Below, piece by piece: positions 6,362 through 10,613 of a stretch of 10,613 nt of DNA. The position numbers and the translations under genes were made by a program. The notes beneath the pieces are model-generated. The model worked only from the letters and a program-made list of their open reading frames with translations, was not told where the DNA came from and ran no database searches. Each line of letters begins with the position of its first letter. Position 1 is the stretch's first letter. The stretch comes from an uncultured archaeon (GTDB lineage Archaea > Asgardarchaeota > Lokiarchaeia > Sigyniarchaeales > Promethearchaeaceae). Location: positions 19,147 to 29,759 of the forward strand of contig CAYRPF010000037.1 in the NCBI GenBank assembly GCA_964426185.1. The letters run 5' to 3'.

Positions 6362-6427
6362 AATGTAAGCATCCCTACATTTTCGCTTTCCAGCATCCTT
6401 ACTTCCTCCCAACATCCTTACATTCTC
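6360..6427. repeat. Three imperfect 15-nt direct repeats plus an 8-bp inverted repeat in the divergent intergenic region
   Basis: CATCCCTACATTTTC (6370-6384), CATCCTTACTTCCTC (6394-6408) and CATCCTTACATTCTC (6413-6427); AAAATGTA-N8-TACATTTT (6360-6383). Confidence 0.7.
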
Positions 6428-6516
6428 ATAATGTCAATGAAATAAGTGGCTGAATACTTAAGAAGAAAGAATGCCAAATTATATTACTTGAGTAGAAATT
6501 TATTCAATTACTGAGA

Positions 6517-8082
6517 ATGATACTTATGAGTAAATATGTAGCAGCCCTTGATTTGGGAACAACCGGAACCCGGTGCATCATCTTTGATCTTAAAGGAAAA
6601 GAAATTGGACGAGATTATAAAGAATGGCAGAGTTTCTATCCCTCACCTGTAATGGTTGAACAAGATGCAAATGCATGGTGGGATGCAGTTAGAAAAACTG
6701 TTTTCAATGCCATTCGTCGATCAAAATTGAATAATGAAGATATTATCAGCGTGGCCATAACTAATCAGCGGGAAACAATTGTTCCCGTTGATGTTAATGG
6801 AGATCCCCTACATAATGCCATAGTTTGGCAAGATCGCAGAACAACGGCAGAATGCGATTGGATCAAATCTACTCTGGGAGAAGATCTGGTTTATAAAACC
6901 ACAGGCTTAACTATCGATCCGTATTTTTCTGGATCTAAGATTTTGTGGTTTAAAAATCATCATCCAGAGATATATGCAAAAACACACAAATTCTTGTTGG
7001 TTCATGATTTCATTTTACAAAAACTTACGGGAAAATTCATCACAGATTATTCAAATGCCAGCCGTACCATGTTATTCGATATAAATAAATTGAAATGGTC
7101 GGATGAATTTGCAGAAAAATTGGGCTTAGATTTGGATAAGATGCCTGAAGCGGTGGCTCCAGGAACAGATGTCGGAACAGTACGCTCTTCAGATACGGGT
7201 TTTAGCACCACCACTAAAGTTATTGCTGGTGCGGGAGATCAACAGTGCGCGGCTTTGGGAGTTGGTGTGGTTAAACCCGGACGGATGAAATGCACCACCG
7301 GAACAGGTTCATTTATTTTAGGGTATTTAGAAAAACCTTCATTTGACCCGGAGAAAAGAGTTTTATGCAGTTGCTCAGCAGTACCTGGGAAATGGGTACA
7401 AGAGGCAAGCATTTTTACTTCCGGAGCGGCGTTAAGATGGTGTAGAGACAACATGGGTGCTGCAGAATCAATTCAAGCATATTTAGAAAATAGACAAGGG
7501 AAAAATGTGGATCCTTATGACTTAATGACCGCCGAAGCCGCTAAATCTCCTGTCGGGGCAAATGGATTGCTCTTTTTACCCCATTTAACTGGCGCGGGAG
7601 CACCTTATTGGAATCCCAATGCACGCGGAATCATGTTTGGGTTAGCTTTAGGTCATAATACTCGAGATATGTATCGTGCAGTATTAGAAGGCGTAGCGTT
7701 TGAAGTGAAAAAAAATATTCAAGTATTTGCGGAATTAGGCCTTCAACCCCAAGATATACGCATTACTGGCGGAGGATCCCGCTCGGATTTATGGAATCAA
7801 ATAATGGCGGATATTTTAGGAATCCAATGTGGACGAGGGGATTTAGAAGAATCTACAGCAGTCGGTGCTTCTATTTTAGCTGCTTATGGGGCGGGTGAAT
7901 ACTCCGATTTGGCCAAAGCAGCAGATGATATGGCCAATATTAATAATATTTGGAGCCCAAATCCAGCTAATACCGCATTTTACAACGAACTATTCACAAT
8001 TAACCAAGAATTGTATAATTCGCTGCATAATGAAAAGATTTATGCAAAATTGGCACATATAATTCAACAACAGAAGATCTAA
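6517..8082 (+). CDS. glpK: FGGY-family carbohydrate kinase, most like glycerol kinase (xylulokinase-like annotation possible)
   Basis: LDLGTTGTR, VEQDA, ITNQRET, NAIVWQDRRT, TGLTIDPYFSGSK, TDYSNASRTMLF, AGDQQ, TTGTGSF, APYW and RAVLEGVAF. FGGY family is secure; glycerol specificity (and the symbol) is inferred from GlpK-type substrate-site motifs and the adjacent GDPD. Alternative start at 6526. Confidence 0.85.
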   Translation: MILMSKYVAALDLGTTGTRCIIFDLKGKEIGRDYKEWQSFYPSPVMVEQDANAWWDAVRKTVFNAIRRSKLNNEDIISVAITNQRETIVPVDVNGDPLHNAIVWQDRRTTAECDWIKSTLGEDLVYKTTGLTIDPYFSGSKILWFKNHHPEIYAKTHKFLLVHDFILQKLTGKFITDYSNASRTMLFDINKLKWSDEFAEKLGLDLDKMPEAVAPGTDVGTVRSSDTGFSTTTKVIAGAGDQQCAALGVGVVKPGRMKCTTGTGSFILGYLEKPSFDPEKRVLCSCSAVPGKWVQEASIFTSGAALRWCRDNMGAAESIQAYLENRQGKNVDPYDLMTAEAAKSPVGANGLLFLPHLTGAGAPYWNPNARGIMFGLALGHNTRDMYRAVLEGVAFEVKKNIQVFAELGLQPQDIRITGGGSRSDLWNQIMADILGIQCGRGDLEESTAVGASILAAYGAGEYSDLAKAADDMANINNIWSPNPANTAFYNELFTINQELYNSLHNEKIYAKLAHIIQQQKI

Positions 8083-8095
8083 TCTTGATGAAACC

Positions 8096-8116
8096 TTTTT
8101 TTTCGCTTTTACTTTA
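8096..8116 (+). terminator. Candidate oligo-T terminator after the FGGY kinase
   Basis: T8 at 8096-8103 followed by further T tracts, 13 nt after the stop. Confidence 0.55.
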
Positions 8117-8235
8117 AAGATGAAATGATTTCAAGTTTATTCTGGACAAACCTTCTATTCTGGGAGTTATTCTATATGGTTGATATTTATCAAGGAAAGA
8201 AACAGAACAAAGCGATATGAACATTTTCATTGTAG

Positions 8236-8266
8236 AAAAAGAAAGAAAAGTAAAAAAAGAAAAAAC
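8236..8266 (-). terminator. Candidate T-rich terminator of the surface protein gene
   Basis: Run of A tracts on + (gaaaaagaaagaaaagtaaaaaaagaaaaaa), T-rich on -, about 75-105 nt downstream of the stop at 8341. Confidence 0.35.
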
Positions 8267-8340
8267 TGGCCGACTGCTCAGCCAAAAAATTTCAATCCCT
8301 ATAATGGAAATGAACGTTTTTGGAATTCATAAAGATTTTT

Positions 8341-10613
8341 TTATTTTAATAATTTTTGGCGGCGATATGAAGGTGCAATTTTTGAAACCACTAACACACA
8401 AGGAATTATGAGCCAAATTATTGGAAATCCTGGAATAGTAAATGTTTCAAATGGATTTTCTTCATCATTTGTATTATTTTCCTCAACGGTGTGGCGAAAT
8501 TCAATAGTTCCTTGTAATGTAGCTATTGAAAATATCTCTCCGTCATCTGCATGTATTTCCAGATAATAAACTCCTTCTGGATAATCATTTGTATTAAAAG
8601 TGTATACCTCTCGTGTCAAACCTTCCACAATTTTTAACCATGATACTCCATCAGTTGAAATAAAGATTGCATATGTTAATGGATCATTATCAGGATCCGA
8701 CCCATCCCAAGAAAATGTGACTTGTCCTTGAAGGATTTCTCCGCCAGTTGGATAAAGAATTACAACTTCGGGGGGGTCATTTACATCCACCAGCCATTCA
8801 AAATGTTTATGGTTCCAACTTCCATGTTCATTTAGTACCCACACGTCCAGGGTATGAATTCCATCAAAATTGGGAACTGCGGTGAGAATTGTGGAATTTG
8901 GTTGTCCATCCCAACTATAATAAGCAATAACTGGATCCTCTGAGAAACTTAGACTAATCTCTTGATAACCTGCAATGATAGTGTTGTTTTGTGGATAAAG
9001 CAAGGTGATATCGATTAGAGGATTTGCAACAATCAAAATTAAAGTGGCTGAAAGAGTTTCAGAATCCTCATCCGAAATCCAGATGTTAAGTGAATGCTGA
9101 CCATCCAAGATTGGTGTGGTTGGCCATTGACCTAATGGCGCTTCGATATATGGGGCTTCATCCCATGCATAGAAATAATTGCCTAAAGTACCCTTTATAG
9201 TCATGTTAATAGTTACATTACTTTCCACGACAGTTCCATTAGTCCAAGTTATAAAATCGATCATTAATGGATCATCGGTCAAGAAAGTGAAATTTGCATA
9301 GGTCCAATAAGGTACAAAATCTGCCACCCATACATGCAAAATGTGATATCCATTTCCGACAGGTAAGATAGGGTTTTGAGTGAAATTTTTCCCTCCATCC
9401 CATGAAAAAATCAATTGACTATATGCTTCTGAGATAGATAATTGAATTTCAATCCCACTATTCAACCCAATAAATTCTTCAGGGGAGACCAGAGTAATAC
9501 TGGGAGGAATATCATCGATGGTAAATGTGAAGGTCGTGATACGCTCAATCCTTGTATCGGACACAGTTCGGATTTGTAGCGTGTGGAGACCTTGTTCTGT
9601 TGGTATGGGAGGAAGGGTATTTGACTCGGGTTCACTATCCCATGCATAATAGACTTCGGTGGGAGGACGGCTAAATGTAATATTGAGTTCAAACGAACTG
9701 GGGATGACATCACCGTCCTCACAATTTTCCAAATAGACGAAAATCTGACTATCATCAACTTCAAATGAAAATGTCGTGTAATTTGCATTTCCCGCGGCGT
9801 CTGTGGTCCAAATTTCGAGGATATGCCAACCATTCCCAGCAGGTATCGGTGAAAGAATAGTGCTACTGGGAGCACCGTCCCATGCATAGAAGACTGTTTG
9901 CGGGGTTTCTGAAAACGCGAATTCCAACATACGCCCACTGGCGGTTCGTGAATTATTGCTCAGATCTGCAGGCCCTATCAACGTAGTGATAATAGGTGTG
10001 TTATCGATTTCAATATTGAAGAATATTTCCCAAGCATTTGAGTGAATATCAATACCTTGAACTACGAATAAATAGGACCCATCTGCATACATGCGGGTAT
10101 CTAATTGAAAATCGAAATCAAAAGTTCCATTTTTCCAGAATTTATCACTTGAGATGTCTTCATTGTAAATAGTTGTGTCATTAAAATGAAGTTGGATATT
10201 TTTCATTCCTCGGTCATCAATGGCTGTTATATGCATATTTATTATGCCGTTATAAACCTCCCCATCGCTGATTCCATCCGCTGTAAGCGTTGCACATGTA
10301 ATATCTTCAGGAATGTCCATAAAATCGAGGGGATCGGTGCCGAACTGAATTTCTTCACCATCTCCATAACCGTCACCGTCTGTATCTGGGTTATGTGGGT
10401 CTGTGGCATAGATTTGAGTTTCGGTCGAATCACTTAAGCCATCCATATCATAATCATCTCCCACTAAGAAAGATGTGTTATCCAATTCGATCGTCCCCCA
10501 CTGCACGTTTTTATCACTAATAAATGAATGATCGGAAGCATTGAGATGTTGAACATTGAGGAACATAACCGTGATATCGGAGTGCTGGACGGTGAGCGAA
10601 TATATGGTGGAAT
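8341..10613 (-). CDS. Large cell-surface glycoprotein, 5'-truncated by the window: Ca-binding DxDxDG (thrombospondin type 3-like) repeats, tandem Ig-like repeats and a Loki-CTERM/PGF-CTERM-like sorting signal
   Basis: The frame stays open upstream of ATG 10566 to the edge (STIYSLTVQHSDITV), so the true start is probably outside the window. Contains DYDMDGLSD...TDPHNPDTDGDGYGDGEE...GTDPLD, five ~80-aa Y(A/S)WD...GxHxL repeats and many N-x-S/T sequons. Ends IPGFP + hydrophobic stretch + RRQKLLK. Confidence 0.88.
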   Translation of the reverse strand, partial: STIYSLTVQHSDITVMFLNVQHLNASDHSFISDKNVQWGTIELDNTSFLVGDDYDMDGLSDSTETQIYATDPHNPDTDGDGYGDGEEIQFGTDPLDFMDIPEDITCATLTADGISDGEVYNGIINMHITAIDDRGMKNIQLHFNDTTIYNEDISSDKFWKNGTFDFDFQLDTRMYADGSYLFVVQGIDIHSNAWEIFFNIEIDNTPIITTLIGPADLSNNSRTASGRMLEFAFSETPQTVFYAWDGAPSSTILSPIPAGNGWHILEIWTTDAAGNANYTTFSFEVDDSQIFVYLENCEDGDVIPSSFELNITFSRPPTEVYYAWDSEPESNTLPPIPTEQGLHTLQIRTVSDTRIERITTFTFTIDDIPPSITLVSPEEFIGLNSGIEIQLSISEAYSQLIFSWDGGKNFTQNPILPVGNGYHILHVWVADFVPYWTYANFTFLTDDPLMIDFITWTNGTVVESNVTINMTIKGTLGNYFYAWDEAPYIEAPLGQWPTTPILDGQHSLNIWISDEDSETLSATLILIVANPLIDITLLYPQNNTIIAGYQEISLSFSEDPVIAYYSWDGQPNSTILTAVPNFDGIHTLDVWVLNEHGSWNHKHFEWLVDVNDPPEVVILYPTGGEILQGQVTFSWDGSDPDNDPLTYAIFISTDGVSWLKIVEGLTREVYTFNTNDYPEGVYYLEIHADDGEIFSIATLQGTIEFRHTVEENNTNDEENPFETFTIPGFPIIWLIIPCVLVVSKIAPSYRRQKLLK

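Noticed and set aside
6334-6396. N-terminal 21 codons of the 101-aa ORF as called in the track
   Set aside because: Overlaps the TATA-like element and repeat cluster; the MazG-like pattern fits an 80-aa protein from ATG 6333. Not proven.
6370-6427. Direct repeats as a mini-CRISPR array
   Set aside because: Repeats are 15 nt with 9- and 4-nt gaps, far too short, and no cas genes are present.
7239-7454. 71-aa - strand ORF
   Set aside because: Antisense shadow inside the FGGY kinase.
8083-8340. Possible ncRNA (C/D box-like TGATGA at 8086-8091; short TATTCT repeats) in the 258-nt convergent gap
   Set aside because: No suitably placed CTGA D box and no convincing stem; consistent with AT-rich terminator sequence.
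8217-8411. 64-aa + strand ORF containing an internal GG (IIFGGD), considered as a possible Ubl precursor
   Set aside because: Overlaps the surface protein 3' end in antisense, is built from A-tract/terminator-like sequence and shows no beta-grasp pattern.
9462-9938. 158-aa alternative-frame - strand ORF
   Set aside because: Nested in the surface protein gene in another frame; no recognisable motif.
10186-10437. 83-aa + strand ORF and 63-aa - strand ORF (10242-10433)
   Set aside because: Both lie within the surface protein CDS, whose frame carries the clear DxDxDG motifs.

Overview
AT-rich archaeal-looking window. Asgard/Lokiarchaeia origin is inferred from an IPGF-TM-basic (Loki-CTERM-like) surface protein, an edge-truncated longin-like gene and oligo-T terminators. 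The main item is a tightly packed four-gene minus-strand operon (4446->1169): a divergent E2/UBC-like protein (HPF...ICMG), a JAB/MPN+ metalloprotease with an intact JAMM motif, a ThiF/E1-family activating enzyme with a candidate catalytic Cys, and an uncharacterised helical protein. This looks like a ubiquitin-like conjugation/deconjugation module, but no ubiquitin-like modifier or RING E3 is visible in the window. Also present: a Zn-ribbon protein divergent from the operon, a glycerophosphodiester phosphodiesterase, a degenerate MazG-like protein, a glycerol-kinase-like FGGY kinase and the 3' part of a large Ig-repeat cell-surface glycoprotein. All family assignments come from motif recognition by eye; no searches were run.
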